Part shown: positions 27,702 through 42,812 of the stretch, piece after piece
How the letters are laid out: each line of letters begins with the position of its first letter
Position numbering within the stretch: the first letter of the stretch is position 1
DNA from: Octopus vulgaris
Taxonomy: Eukaryota
Direction: 5' to 3'
NCBI GenBank assembly: GCA_951406725.2
Contig: OX597814.1
Location: 58,776,001 to 58,840,000, forward strand
DNA length: 64,000 bases
Program-made: the position numbers and the translations under genes
The notes under the pieces: model-generated
What the model was told of the DNA's origin: nothing
The model's database searches: none
The model's input: only the letters and a program-made list of their open reading frames with translations

Positions 27702-28700
27702 CTAAATAATCAACATCTGAACGTCCTGTTTAGATACTGATTGATCTATTCCACCGATGATCATTTTCCGATTTGTCAGTTCATCCTGTAAAATATCTTG
27801 TTTCTCTCTGTGACAGTTTTTGTCTCTACTACAACTGCTGTTTTTAAAGGAGTTGCACTTGCAACTGGAAATGTCAAATAAATATTGTTTTGCGTTATTT
27901 CTAAATACATTACACTTTGTTTGAAACGATGGCACATTTTTTTACTATTTTTCACAGATTTTAATAATGTTTGGTACTTTAGAAATAAGTTTAAGATTTT
28001 CGATTAAACTGACTCAATCGTAACACAAGAGATTAATGTCTTTTGCCAAAGAAGAATTATCTTTTCTGCTACAATCTTGACAATTTGTTTAATTGAAGGA
28101 TCTTTCTTAAACACATTCTTTTCTTTTTCTCGTTTAAATAAAACACATTTTAGTACATCCTTGTAAGTTGGTGAAACTCGCTTGCTAAGATCACATGGAG
28201 TATCGAGTATTGGATATTCAATATCATGACGTGTTATTGCCTTATGGGTCATCACTAAACATAGACAACACTAAATTTAACACAATCATTCATTTCAATA
28301 CAATGGTCTAAAGTCAAGTTACAAAGCAGAAAACTTCACACTCGTACGACGTACGTCCAAACGCAACGACCGTTGCAGCGGTACTGGAGAGAAGTTCACA
28401 CCCACGTTCTATTTATAGTCAATGCGGACCCTCAAGATATTAGGCAATTGCATTAACACTTGGTATGCAACATCTTAAGGAGACTATATTTACTGTTTGC
28501 ATTATGCTATGACTTATAATACATAAAATCCAAACCTCGACCAGAAATAGCGGTTTTATCAATTTTCAATTGCGTTGAGGAGCCTGAAAAACATGGTTAA
28601 CAGCGAAATTCTTTATACACCTTTCTTTGAACCTTAGGTCGCAACAAAATATCGGCTAATGGTTACCCATTTCGAAAACTGCATATTTCGCTCCACCGTA
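27702..28700 (-). mobile_element. 5' part of a hATm-like DNA transposon (decayed transposase N-terminus)
   Basis: The two minus-strand ORF pieces (SPTYKDVLKC...IILLWQKTLIS; YLFDISSCKC...DELTNRKMIIGGID) fit the N-terminal pattern I recall for hATm/cc8K15.2-like transposases. Putative terminus TACGGTGGAGCGAAA at 28700; partner TIR not found. Confidence 0.55.
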
Positions 28701-28799
28701 TTGTGCATGAGAGTGCGGCTGAATTATGTGTTGCTCGTTGCTAGATTACATTTTGTGAGTCGTGAGTAAATTTCTGCTTTTGTTCCTCTATGTTGCAGT

Positions 28800-29190
28800 G
28801 TTTTCCTAATTATTGCCAGTAAGTTGGCAGACTACTCAGTGCCTGTACCTTTTCTCAGAAATGGCGTGCTTTTTTCCCTGGAATATAATTTCACTAGCTA
28901 GGAAGTGTCACTAGTACCCTTCATTTATTCTTATACACTGTAAAGATCTATAATGGAGTATGTTCACATGTCTGAAACACGACTTCTGACTGCCAGTTCA
29001 GATACAGGGGTATAGAAAGAAATTCTTATTCCCATAAAGATAGCCTCCAATGCAGTCCATCCTGGAAACAGTAGACGTACTTCCTTCCTTGCTATTCCTA
29101 CTACAAATGAATTCAGCTCTGCATTTCATACTTCTACTCGTATGTATCAAGCCAAGTACCCATCCTATGATGTCCACCAACCTTCTTTAC
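28800..29190 (+). mobile_element. Decayed CR1/Jockey-group LINE fragment (tentative)
   Basis: ATGGAGTATGTTCACATGTCTGA approximates the MEYCSHVW motif with a 1-nt deletion. Confidence 0.35.
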
Positions 29191-29792
29191 TCCTACAATA
29201 ACTACTACAATAATTAATTTTATTCTATAAGGTCCGAGATATAAGAACACTTCGCTTGCTCACGTCCTTTCTGCTGCTCAAATTGATTAGAGAAAAATTA
29301 ATTATCTAAATTACAAATATTTCGAAAGGACTGAAAAGACAATGGATTAATTTCATCCAGAAGAAACCGATAAGAATAAAAACAATAACAATTGTTCATA
29401 GATATGAATAACTGATGCGGACCTTCAGACTTCACGATGATGCAGTCATGAACCGCAATTCACTAATATGTAAATTTTAAAATCACATTTAGATATTTAA
29501 CCATTATTGCTTTGGACTTGCTGCAATACCGACTTCTTACAAGAAGTTTCAATTTACAATAGAATATGATTTTATTTGTTTCTCTTCGTATAGGAATGAT
29601 ATATGCGAAAAAGAGAAAAGTAATCTTCAAAAAATATGTAGGCATTCAATTAACTATCTGAATGATTGCTGGGGAAACAATGTATGAAATGACATATTCA
29701 TTTGTACGTTAGAAAAACACATCTCTGTTTCAAATATTACAAAATACACACTTGGATACATAGGTACATTTATTCACACACACACACACACG

Positions 29793-29830
<38 letters not shown>

Positions 29831-29891
29831 CTGTATATATATACATATACATATACACATATAGACATATATATATATGTATGTATATATC

Positions 29892-29933
<42 letters not shown>

Positions 29934-30645
29934 CACACACATACATACACATATATATACACACAAACATATATGTGTATATGTACCAAAAGGAAACACA
30001 AAAATATAAAAGAAAATGAAATGCTTCGATTTCTTTAGTTACATCTAATTTCATTCCGCCACAGATATGATATTGATATTTCGTGTAGCTATTTTCATGC
30101 ACTATGCATGTATATTTTTGTATTCTTTTTGCGTAATGTATCTTAATATACTCGGTTATGTTACATGACAATTGAAGAACAAATCGGTTGCTATTTAGTA
30201 CAATAAACATGAAGAGAGAAAATAAATATGTACACGGGAAGAGAAATTATGCATTGTCTAATCTTCATTGTATTTCTTGCCTTTATCTTCTCCATCGAAC
30301 ATTTGCCCTTCATTGTAGTTGAGAATAATAAGTTATAGATCGACACGATAATGCTAGCTAATTTCTGTGAGTGACACACCATTCCAAATACTATTACTAA
30401 ATCAAGTGAGGTCAGTAGTAAGTTGGAAATACAAAATCCTTCTGGTATTCAATTTCGTTCACTTACGTGCTTTTCATTACTTAGTGATATGTAAAAGGAA
30501 TATCAATAATGTGCTATGATTCACTTGATAATATTTGGGAATGAAACTGTCTCTTGTCTATGTAAGCAGCATCAATTTAGGCCTGGTGGATCCCTCAACT
30601 TTATAAACTTCATGTTTAAAAAAATGATATCATAGTTTCTTCCGA

Positions 30646-30805
30646 ATATTGATTTCAAATTTATCGCACAAAGCGACTAATTTCTGGAATGACCCCGAAG
30701 AGATGAAAGGTAAAGTGAATTACGGCGGAATTTGAAATTGTAAAAACTGACGAAATGCCGCTAAGCATTTTCCCATGAACGGTAACGATTCTGCCATCTA
30801 GCCGC
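30646..30805 (-). mobile_element. SINE family A, diverged and internally deleted
   Basis: GACCCCGAAGAGATGAAAGG...CGGCGGAATTTGAA...GAAATGCCGCTAAGCATTTT...GATTCTGCC. Confidence 0.7.
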
Positions 30806-30959
30806 AATAATATTTCCTAAATATTGAAAACAGTTATATGATAATCTAATTATCTTGAGACTATTGTGTACCATATAGTTTAGTTCATGCCTAAACCAGA
30901 CACTGTAAGCAATGATACAAACTAATACCAAACCAAACTTTCAACTAAATGCTTTCAAC

Positions 30960-31280
30960 GATGAGGATCAACATATAAATTGCTGGACATACCACAGATA
31001 CCTGTACGCAAGATTCTTGGTCTGAACCAACGAGACGCATATATATCTCTTAAATTACTAGCAGAGCCCACTCGATGGGCTTCTTGGCGCTACAATTCAA
31101 TTTACTTCAATTTAATCAGTTGCGATTCAATAAAAGCCTACAATTACTGCAAACTGCATTTGCTCCAGGACTCAACTATCGATTCCTTTCAGTTTCCGTT
31201 TTTGCTTCCACCAAAGCTGTCGTGTAAAGCAAGTAGCGAAACCTTGGAACGAATTACATGGACACAGGGGGGGTTTTGAC
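30960..31280 (+). mobile_element. Decayed RTE-type LINE 3' fragment (tentative)
   Basis: RKILGLNQRD resembles the RTE post-RT motif LRxILxIxWxD. Confidence 0.35.
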
Positions 31281-31738
31281 TGATATCTATTCTGTCCTTC
31301 TCATACACACACACAAACACACGCACATACACACACACATATATATATATATATACAACACTCACCGGTTCGATTTCCACTCATTATTTATATTTCTGCT
31401 TACAAAATAGTTATTGCTTTTTGCAAACTTTAGAAAAAGAAATATAAGTGATATATGACTGGAAATGGAGTTTGGCGCCTTGATATGTATGAATAGTTTA
31501 TGAATATATGTATATGTATGTACACACACACACACATATATATAAAACAGCAGTAGTATTTTAAATAAGATCGATTGCACATACTCATTGTTTAGTTTTT
31601 CGCGGTTCGACTCCTTCATTACAGAATTGTAAAAATTCATGAAAGTCATAGACAACCGAAACAACTCGAACTGTATCCCATGCAGGAATGATGTATACCG
31701 ATATTTTGCCATATCTGTGGTTTATCAGCAAAATATAT

Positions 31739-31818
<80 letters not shown>

Positions 31819-33610
31819 AATAAAAATATGTTACAAAAAGAAAATAGAAAGTAAACGTGGAAATGTAAGGGGGAAAGTAAGAAGAAATATAAGCAAAAAT
31901 GCACGCTGAAAATCAATAAAAGTAAAGGCTTTTTATGATAAGTAACGATATAGATATATACAATTAGATGAACTGAGGTAGGAATGAAAGTAAAATAAGT
32001 CATTAATATGAATTGTTAAAGAGATTCAAAAGCACACCGGTTTCGTAAATTTATTGATTACTGCTTTGAATGCACACCGATAACCGAACGGTGTCGGATC
32101 TACTGGTTCCTGAGTAAAAAGATTATGTGTAAGGGAGGTAAGTAGATCTAGATTTGGTGCAATTAGGGTAGATATAGATCTGTAAGATGAATGGTGTATG
32201 TGATGTATGGGTGGTATTAATTGAAAGGTTAGTAGTGCTCTGTATTACGTAATGTGTTCATATCAAGTCGTGGAAGATATTTATTGATGAAAGTATACAG
32301 ACATATACATAAACTTACATATACATATATTCATAAACTTTAGTACAATGGATATTCCCTCATCATTTGAAAACATGCTTTTAATATTTAAATAAATAAA
32401 TAAATAAAATATATTGCCAAGAATATAGCTAAGGCTCCATTATACAAAAGAAGTAAAGAAGCAAATAGGTAACACAGGTATATATAATTCCAAGCATAAA
32501 TACCATATATTTCATTTGAACCAACGTAAGAACTAGATACACATCGGACACTAACCTATTAGAATCATATACAATCTTCGAATATGAAACGCTTCGGTAT
32601 ATCGGTAATCTGCCTAAACTCAGCGACATATAACGGATATTATTCCTCTACGTGTAATATACTCGCTTTCATATATAACATTCAGCAGAATGAGTGCTTT
32701 GGAAAATATTAAGCGCTTACTGCTTTCAAACTTTGAAGATGGGTGTATTTTTTCAGTACTCGTATTGTTACATTCGTCTAGTTTCTGATATATTTTTACT
32801 ACCGTGCATCATAAATTATAAGTAGTCACCTAACATAGCATAAGATATTTGTAATAGATAGAACATGTGTGAATTGGTGAAACACGTGTTTTTATTATAC
32901 AATCGCATGCATTTACATACATGCATTGTATGTACGAATGTATTTATGAGTGTATCTATTTATGAGGGAGCTAGAGTGAGAGAGAAGATAGAAATGCATG
33001 AAATAGTTGACGGAAGTTTTGTTTTAAACAGATTATGAGTAGGCTATGCTTTCTCAAACACAAATACAGATTGACCTATTTTTGAGATGTTTCCTCTTGT
33101 TATAAATACAAAAGGATCTTGCAATGATGGAATCATATTATATTTCTTCATGCTCGTGTTGCTATATCTAAATGTAAAGAAATATAATAGGATTTTATGA
33201 TCTGTGTTTATTTGTAAATGTTTCGTATTTAGCATTGAATTAATATTTTAAATATATATTATGCAAATACGCTCAAAAGCAGAAGCGCCGTCATATGATA
33301 CCGATTCTGGGTTTCAAAGAGAAAAAAATGTATGATGACACGAATATTCAAACAATGCAATTACGTTCATTCCATTTCAGATTTTAGGCAAAATTTCTTC
33401 ATTCAAATAGATTGATACAAAATATTTCTGTGAATAAATGTTTATATAATTTTCCTATATAAAAGAGCATCCGTGACAAAGAATGTAGAGTACTGTAGAA
33501 AACTGTATTTATTTTAGTATAATCTGCATGGCATCAATGAAGATTAACATCAAAGTAGTTGGACTATACAGAAAATTCTGCGTGAGTTTATGTGTGTGTG
33601 TGTTTATATA

Positions 33611-33657
<47 letters not shown>

Positions 33658-35065
33658 ATTTATATATATATGTGTATATATAAATACACACACACACATA
33701 TAAATATATGCATATACGTATATGTATACGTATATATGTGTGTGGATTTGTGTGTATGTGTTTATATCAAATCATGTGTTCTGGGTGTATTTGTGCCAGT
33801 GTACGTAAGTGTGTGTGGCAATCGTTTAGATTCTGTTGCGTGCCATTTTTATCATTCTTACAGTTTATATGCATGAAAGAAAAGGACATAAATAATTACC
33901 ATTCATTGATAAGCACGGAACATTTTTCATACATCGTTGTCGTTTAAATTCCAAGACATTGCAAAACTTAATTCTAATATCGGCTACTTACTCGCTTTGG
34001 AAATCAAATAAAGTATGAAGAAACTACAAAAATGTTTAGAGAAATACATTCCTATGTATGAATATAAAGGAACGAGAAATTTGCTATCTTAACCAATCAG
34101 TTAAATTATTCTGTGACAGACTTTTCATATTAAGAATTTATCACATTAATTTTCCTTTTTTTTTTCTGTATGAACTTATCACTAATTATACAAGATATTT
34201 TTGTTTTATCTTCGTATATCATGAAATAAATTTTCGAACGTAAACTGTACGAGATTCTAATCTTGTATATTCCAATTTAATAACGAGTCCTAATGTTTTG
34301 TGGTTTGATAAAATGATTTTTAAAAAAAGTAGCTTTAAATGTATGTGTGCAACTGACTGCACACTATATCTACTTCCATATTATTTATGTAAACTATGTG
34401 TTTATCAATAAATTTCTAATTTGCAGTTTCTAAAATCTGATACAACGAAGTTTACAAATACAATAAAACATGTATATTAGCCATTATAAAAGCAAATTCT
34501 TGCACAGATATTTTGGCAAAATCTGTTCAAATTAAAAATACCCCAAAAATGGTAATATACAGAAAACGTTAAAAAAAACGTATAGTAAAAAACTAATTGC
34601 ATAAAGATTTGATGAAGAATGCTGTTATTTCTCAGTTGTCTCCTTTGAAATTCATGCTGGTCAAAGAGCACTATATACACATCTGTTCTTTAGGTGTGTA
34701 AAGTACTTTGGTATGTTTTGTATTTTAAATTGCAATGAAATTCTTTATCTAATAACTTTAAGGTATGTGGTAGTTGCACTATATGTACATTACGTAGGTA
34801 TGTATATCTTGATGTTTTGGGTTATATCTTTGCATCATATTTAAAAGATTTTCGTTGTCTTTATTACAAGGGTTTGTTTGTTTTGTTTGTTTCACACACA
34901 ATATTATGGTCATTTCAATTTGCATATCTTTATATTTGGATAAATTGCCCATTTCGTTTACGAAAATACTATAGTCAATTAATTAGAAAGCACTTCCTTT
35001 GTTAATTGTGATTGAAAATATTTATTTCATTAAATTTAATCTCCCTACCGTGTAAATTAGTACAA

Positions 35066-35131
35066 AACAGGGTCACTTTGACACTTTGACATTCTCTAAA
35101 CAGGGTCACTTTGACACTTTGACATTCTCTA
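35066..35131. repeat. Perfect 33-bp tandem duplication
   Basis: AACAGGGTCACTTTGACACTTTGACATTCTCTA twice. Confidence 0.95.
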
Positions 35132-35967
35132 ACAACCTTATTTTCAAATATTTAGAACACACCTTTCTGCTGATATTGAATAAGTCTACCTTGATTTTTC
35201 GGTGTTTGAAATCACAGCATTTTTCATGATTTTGGTATGCAGATGAAACACATTTCTTGTGAACCTCCATATATTCTGTAAATACTTTACTTAATCCTTT
35301 AATGCTATCGGTAATTATATTATTTTGATCGATCATTTATGGCAGTCTATAATCTCAATCTCAATTTTACGGTTTTCCTTAATTCTGTTATTCGTTTTCC
35401 TTTATAGTGTTATATTAGTCGACTTCCTTGATTATGGAATACACTGCATTGGTGTATTCTTGCGTTGTATCTAATATATATTACATTTCCATTATCTTTG
35501 CAAAATATTTTCGTGCATCAAAATGGATTTTTCTGGTCCCTCTATTTAATGTTGCTTATACATTCAACGTTCGGTTTACATTATTACAACCTATTACTAT
35601 GATAGTTTTCTAATAAATATTATTCTAATTCACTTAATATAATCCTCAGTAACGAATTCGTTTTTCCCCTCTGTTGTATGTAACTAATTCTTTAATCCCT
35701 AAATACTTATGAGTCTGTACTTGACATAATTATTTTATCTGTTTGGGTAAAAGTATTTTAGTTTTCGTGTTAGCTTAATATAGATATAGATATCGAGTTT
35801 TATATAATTATTTATTTGTTTCATGTAATTCCTCTATTATTCAAATGCGCTGATGAATTATGTAACATCTATGCCAATCTTTTCACTTTTATATAAACTT
35901 TTAGTCGTAGATCTTCACATATTATATATGTATGGATGGGCTCCGGAACACATAAGATAATAATCAA

Positions 35968-36144
<177 letters not shown>

Positions 36145-36285
36145 CATGGTCAACGTCACCATCATAATCAACATCATCTTGATTTTGCGGATTCTTAATT
36201 CCTGCTCCGGGTTTCACATTTTATCTATCTTCCCGGCAGCTCGCTGTCACACGTCCCTGTTCTTTGCTATTCGCTGCGGTATGCC

Positions 36286-37710
<1,425 letters not shown>

Positions 37711-37711
37711 C

Positions 37712-37773
<62 letters not shown>

Positions 37774-37904
37774 ATTATTATCATCATCATCATCATCATC
37801 ATCATCACCACCATCATCATCACCACAATCATCAGCATCACCATCATCATCGTTGGCATCGTCGTCGTCGCCATCATTATCATCATTATTATTATGATAC
37901 ACAT

Positions 37905-39278
37905 ATCCACATAGGAGTAGCATTTAAACTATTAATATTCAAGTCAGAATCAACAGGAAACTGGATGCCGGAATGACAAACCGCCCTAAATTCCCCAAAA
38001 CAAAACACAAAACATCATACAGTCACAAAATTACAGGCTAATAACATGCCTATCAACATCCTACAAAACCCTCACATCAGTCAACTATGACCGGCTTATA
38101 ATACATCTGGAAAACAACAATATTTAACTTGAAAAATAAAAGGCATGTCGCAGAGGGATGCATGGTTGTAAGGATCAACTTTGGTTTAACCGAGCTATTA
38201 TAGAGGAATGTAAGAGGAGAAAAACAAACCTGAACATTCCTTGGATTGATTATCAGGGAGTATTCGGACAATACTTGAATTGGTTACTGCTGGAATCTCT
38301 CCACACAAATAAAGTAGTTCCAACACTACTAAAATATACCCAACATGCAATGGAGAACTGGATATACAGAATAAAACTGAAAAATTAATCAAAAAGTCTT
38401 TAAAACCTGCCGTACACCCATAAGAAGAGGGATTTTCCAAAGAGTCTCGCTGTTACACCTCCTTTTCTGCCTTTCTCTAACCCCACTACCAAACTTGTTA
38501 AATGAAAAAACCATTGGATATAGATGCTATGGACAAGCAATGAATCATCTCCGCTAAATGGAGATGAGTTAGACTAATATTAAACACTGAACTCAATGCC
38601 AAAAATAAGATAATAGAGATAAACACGCTAGCTTGACCAGTCATAAATTACAGACTGGAAGAACAGTGAATTGAGAAAGTTAGGTAGAAATACCAGAAAA
38701 CTATTAACAGACATACCAAAGTCACCACCCCAAAACAGACACAGACAGAATATATCTACCCCGCTCAGGAAACTGTGGTTTGATACAGATAGAGAACTAT
38801 TATAAAACAACAACTGTTTAACTAGAAAAACACCTAGAAACAAAAATGGAAGACTACTACATGTAATAAAGGAACACAAGAAAATGAAAACACTTTCCCC
38901 TCTACACTAGGTCACAGATACACTGACCTCAGACTCAGATGACAACAAGGCAGAAATGGTCTAAGAGACAAAACAACAACATGGAAAGAGCACTACAAAA
39001 TATACAAAAGAACAAATGGAGAGAAAAATCATGCCATGATTAAAGCATTGTAAAACCTAACAGAGAAGAATTGAAGTTACGTAAAAGCTGTTAATGGCTC
39101 ACAAACTCTTGATTAAAAGCTGAAACGGAAGGGCTGTTTTCGCTGTTGAAGACCCATGTCTGACAGCGAACAATAAAAAAAACCAAAATAATGAAAACCG
39201 GCCCTAACACCAAATCCAGATCGACTACATCCGGTCTGGTTGCCCAGTCCTTGCCAAATTTGAATATATAGAGAGAGA
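37905..39278 (+). mobile_element. Dong/R4-clade LINE, decayed RT region
   Basis: NYRLITCLSTSYK, GCKDQL...WIDY, RGIFQ, LKAETEG and SGCPVLAK in broken frames; starts after a (TAT/CAT)n tract. Confidence 0.8.
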
Positions 39279-39879
39279 CTCGCCGGAGGGAGTATTTTTT
39301 AGCTGTTTAGTATAAAGTAAATATAAATTAAGCAATAAACATAATGGATAGCTTCCTTTCCATATTATGCGCCTGGCAGCTTGGCATGGCATTATTTAAA
39401 AGATATTTTTTCCGCATCTCACTATTGTAGACGCAAAATATTCTTATTCTGATATATGTCTCTCACATTCAATTTCTTATATTATTGATATTTATGTTTG
39501 CCCATTTGTGCCTGTTTCATTATTATAAAAAGAATTAAAGTTATATGTAGTAATGAATTGCTCTATATTTATATATGCTGACGTGTAATACTAAGCTACA
39601 GCTTGCGTTTTAATCGCTCGATGCTATTCATAAGTGAATTGAATGTATATCATCCGAAAATCGAAATCTGTTTGAAGTCGTGTTTGATGATCTAAGTAAG
39701 ACAATAATCTACATTTGATATATAAAGTGAAACGTCCTTAATTTGATTGAGATACTTAATACATCCAATCCACGTCAGCCGTAAACATATTTACAGACAC
39801 GTGCAAAATGACGCATCAAGATCCAGAGAAATGGAACATTTTGCGGGTGTGAATATTATGTATATATACATATGTATGT

Positions 39880-40186
39880 GGAGGCGCAATGGCCCAGTGG
39901 TTAGGGTAGCGGACTCGCGGTCATAGGATCGTGGTTTCGATTCCCAGGCCGGGCGTAGTGTGTATTTATTGAGAGAAAACGTCTAAAGCTACACCTGGCT
40001 CCCGCAAGGGGTGGTGGCGACCCTTGCTCTACTCTTTCGCCCCAACTTTCTCTCACTTTTTCTTCCTGTTTCTTGAGTAACGCTGCGATGGAGTGGCGTC
40101 CCGTCCAACTGGGGGAATACATACGCCAGAGAAACCGGGAAACCGGGCGCATGAGCCTGGCTAGGCTAGAAAAGAGCGCATAAAAA
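39880..40186 (+). mobile_element. tRNA-derived SINE family B, tail type 1
   Basis: Head GGAGGCGCAATGGCCCAGTGGTTAGG...GGTTTCGATTCCC; tail GCTGCGATGGAGTGGCGTCCCGTCCA...GAAACCGGGAAACCGGG. Confidence 0.85.
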
Positions 40187-41604
40187 TATATACATATATA
40201 TATATATATATATATGCGTCCACCCACACATATACCTTATACATATTACTAAATTTAAACCAGATAATAAGCCAAAATATACCACAGTATAGTTCGAAGC
40301 ACAAAACATTTGCTCTAATACTTAAGATAATATATCCAAAATTTCTAGTTTCAAACCGCTTATTCCCATATTTTTAATGATGTCTCATCTCTGCACAGCC
40401 ATATTAACTCGTGATGCACCTACTAGTCTAGTGTTACATATCGTTGCTTGCTTTTTTCAGTGGATGTTATTATTTGGCTAAGGTGAAATGTCTGAATTCT
40501 CTCGGTGTTTCGATGAAATCATGTGCGTTCAGTATTTTCGTCAGTTTACATTCTGCTTGAATATCTCAGCGAAACGAAACTTGCATTGCATCACTCAGAT
40601 GCTAATTAAATATAATTGGTCAATTGAATCAATGCCCCCCTCCACAAAAACATTAGCGCTCTTACCTTTATTAAAAACAATTACTAAGCTGATAGAATAA
40701 GGCCGAACGGTTAAATATTTAGAACATTTTTCAACGTATTTTGCAGTTATTTTTCCTGCTCTCTCCATTCGGAGTTCAATTTCCTCTAAGATCAACTTTG
40801 TTTTCCCGTCCTTGAGGTCCATTTAAGGAAAGTTGCAGAGAATTACTAGGAACGGTTTAATCAACCTCCGCAAATAATGAAATATCATGAGAGAGCAAGG
40901 TAGATATGTGACTAGTTGGAGCGTAGAACAATTGACTTCTACCACTTCCGGCCCTTTATTTTCCAACCTTTGTATCTTTTCGTGTCAAGAACATTAGAAC
41001 AACTGCATAAAGTTATGACATGTGTCATATGAGTTATATATTACGATATGATATTTGAGGCTTGAATAACATATAAAATTTTATCTCCGAATTAGCCCCA
41101 ACAATCAAACTAAGTTAGCATTTATTTAAATGTAATGTATCTAAGTCTACATTATCGTATATATCCTCTTTTTCATAGTATGGTAAAGTGTAATGAGGAA
41201 AATTGTCTTGCGTTTCCTACAAGCCGAATGTCCACGAAGAATTTCTAATCGCACTTCGTTATATTAGAGATAATATAGATATTAATTCACAAATGCAATA
41301 TAGAAGTATTTAACAACTATATTAAATTCAAATCAATACGTTTTACATATTTAAAGTCAAATGTTAGACTTCTTAAACATTGACTTTTGTCAAAAAAATA
41401 ACACTAATATGATTATTAAAATTTATGCACCGTTTTTGAGTGACTTATAAAACATTATTTCATATGCGTCAAGAGTAAATAATCGACATTATTTTTGCAA
41501 TGGAAACAATTTTAGGAATATCATTAAAAAATGCAGTAACAATCGAATGAATGAATGATATGAGATAGTTTTTTCACAGTGAAAATAGCTTTTCCTTTCT
41601 TCAA

Positions 41605-41641
<37 letters not shown>

Positions 41642-42331
41642 TTTTTTGTGGTGGGGGAACATACTACGTCAGAAATATATGTCCTAGTTCATGCTAGAAT
41701 AAAAATGAATTTCTGAAGACAAATTAAAGAAAAAGAAACAAAACGCATCTACTCATTCCAAAGCACGTAATATATATTTACTCTTAATTAATACTATGTG
41801 AGGAAACCAGAATTTCGTGCATCCTGGCGTTTAGTTTAAGAAACAATTAAGCATCAAAAGTCAAGAAGGAGATTTTTAGAAAACAAATGCTATTAGCTAT
41901 ATGGAAACTGATGCGTGATTTGCTTACCGTGCAAAATAATGTGTATAGGATTTGTAAATTGAAAATTGGCTCATTTTATATATGTCAAATCTAGTCATGC
42001 ATCAGACACAGAAATGGAAAATTTAGAAAATATCACACTTCATATTACATTTATCCGATTTAGCAACATGTAGCCAAATACCACAACTGTCAATAATACA
42101 TTTTCAATTATTAGAATTCCTCTTCTTAAAAATCTAGTGTCACATTGGAGGTACTTACAGATATATCCCGTCACAGAGTGTTCGCAACCATGTTGTGACC
42201 TGACGACTACTCTGATTTCGACAGGGACGAAAATTAAATACACTGGAAAATTTTTCATTCTTTCTTAAAACTCCAATGAGTACACAAATCATACAACCTG
42301 TTTTATTTCCAAATACATATTTTTCTGCTGT

Positions 42332-42636
42332 GGAGGCGCAATGGCCCAGTGGTTAGGGCAGCGGACTCGTGGTCCTAGGGTCGCGGTTTCGATTCCAGGA
42401 CCGGGCGTTGTGAGTGTTTATTGAGCAAAAACACCTAAAGTTCCACGAGGCTCCGGCAAGGGGTGGTGGCGATCCCTGCTGTACTCTTTCGCCACAACTT
42501 TCTCTCACTCTTCCTTCTTTTGGCCTGTTAGCTCAGTCAGCAGGGTGGCATCATATTGAAGGCTAACAAAATGCGAAGCGCATTGTGACCAGCGATGTGT
42601 AGCAACATCTGATGGCATGATAGGTCATGGTGACTG
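42332..42636 (+). mobile_element. tRNA-derived SINE family B, tail type 2
   Basis: Same first ~185 bp as the 39880 copy, then a different tail (AATGCGAAGCGCATTGTGACCAGCGATGTGTAGCAACATCTG). Confidence 0.85.
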
Positions 42637-42766
42637 GGATTCTCTGTATTTATACGTTGAACAACTCTGCTGCAAGTGTTAAATCTTCTAATAAATCTCC
42701 ACACCAAGACTTGATATATGCGTATGTGCATGTATTACTGTCCTAATTAGTCGTCGCTTTTTACTG

Positions 42767-42812
<46 letters not shown>

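Noticed and set aside
39880-39955. tRNA gene
   Set aside because: It is the tRNA-derived head of a SINE, continuous with SINE body and tail.
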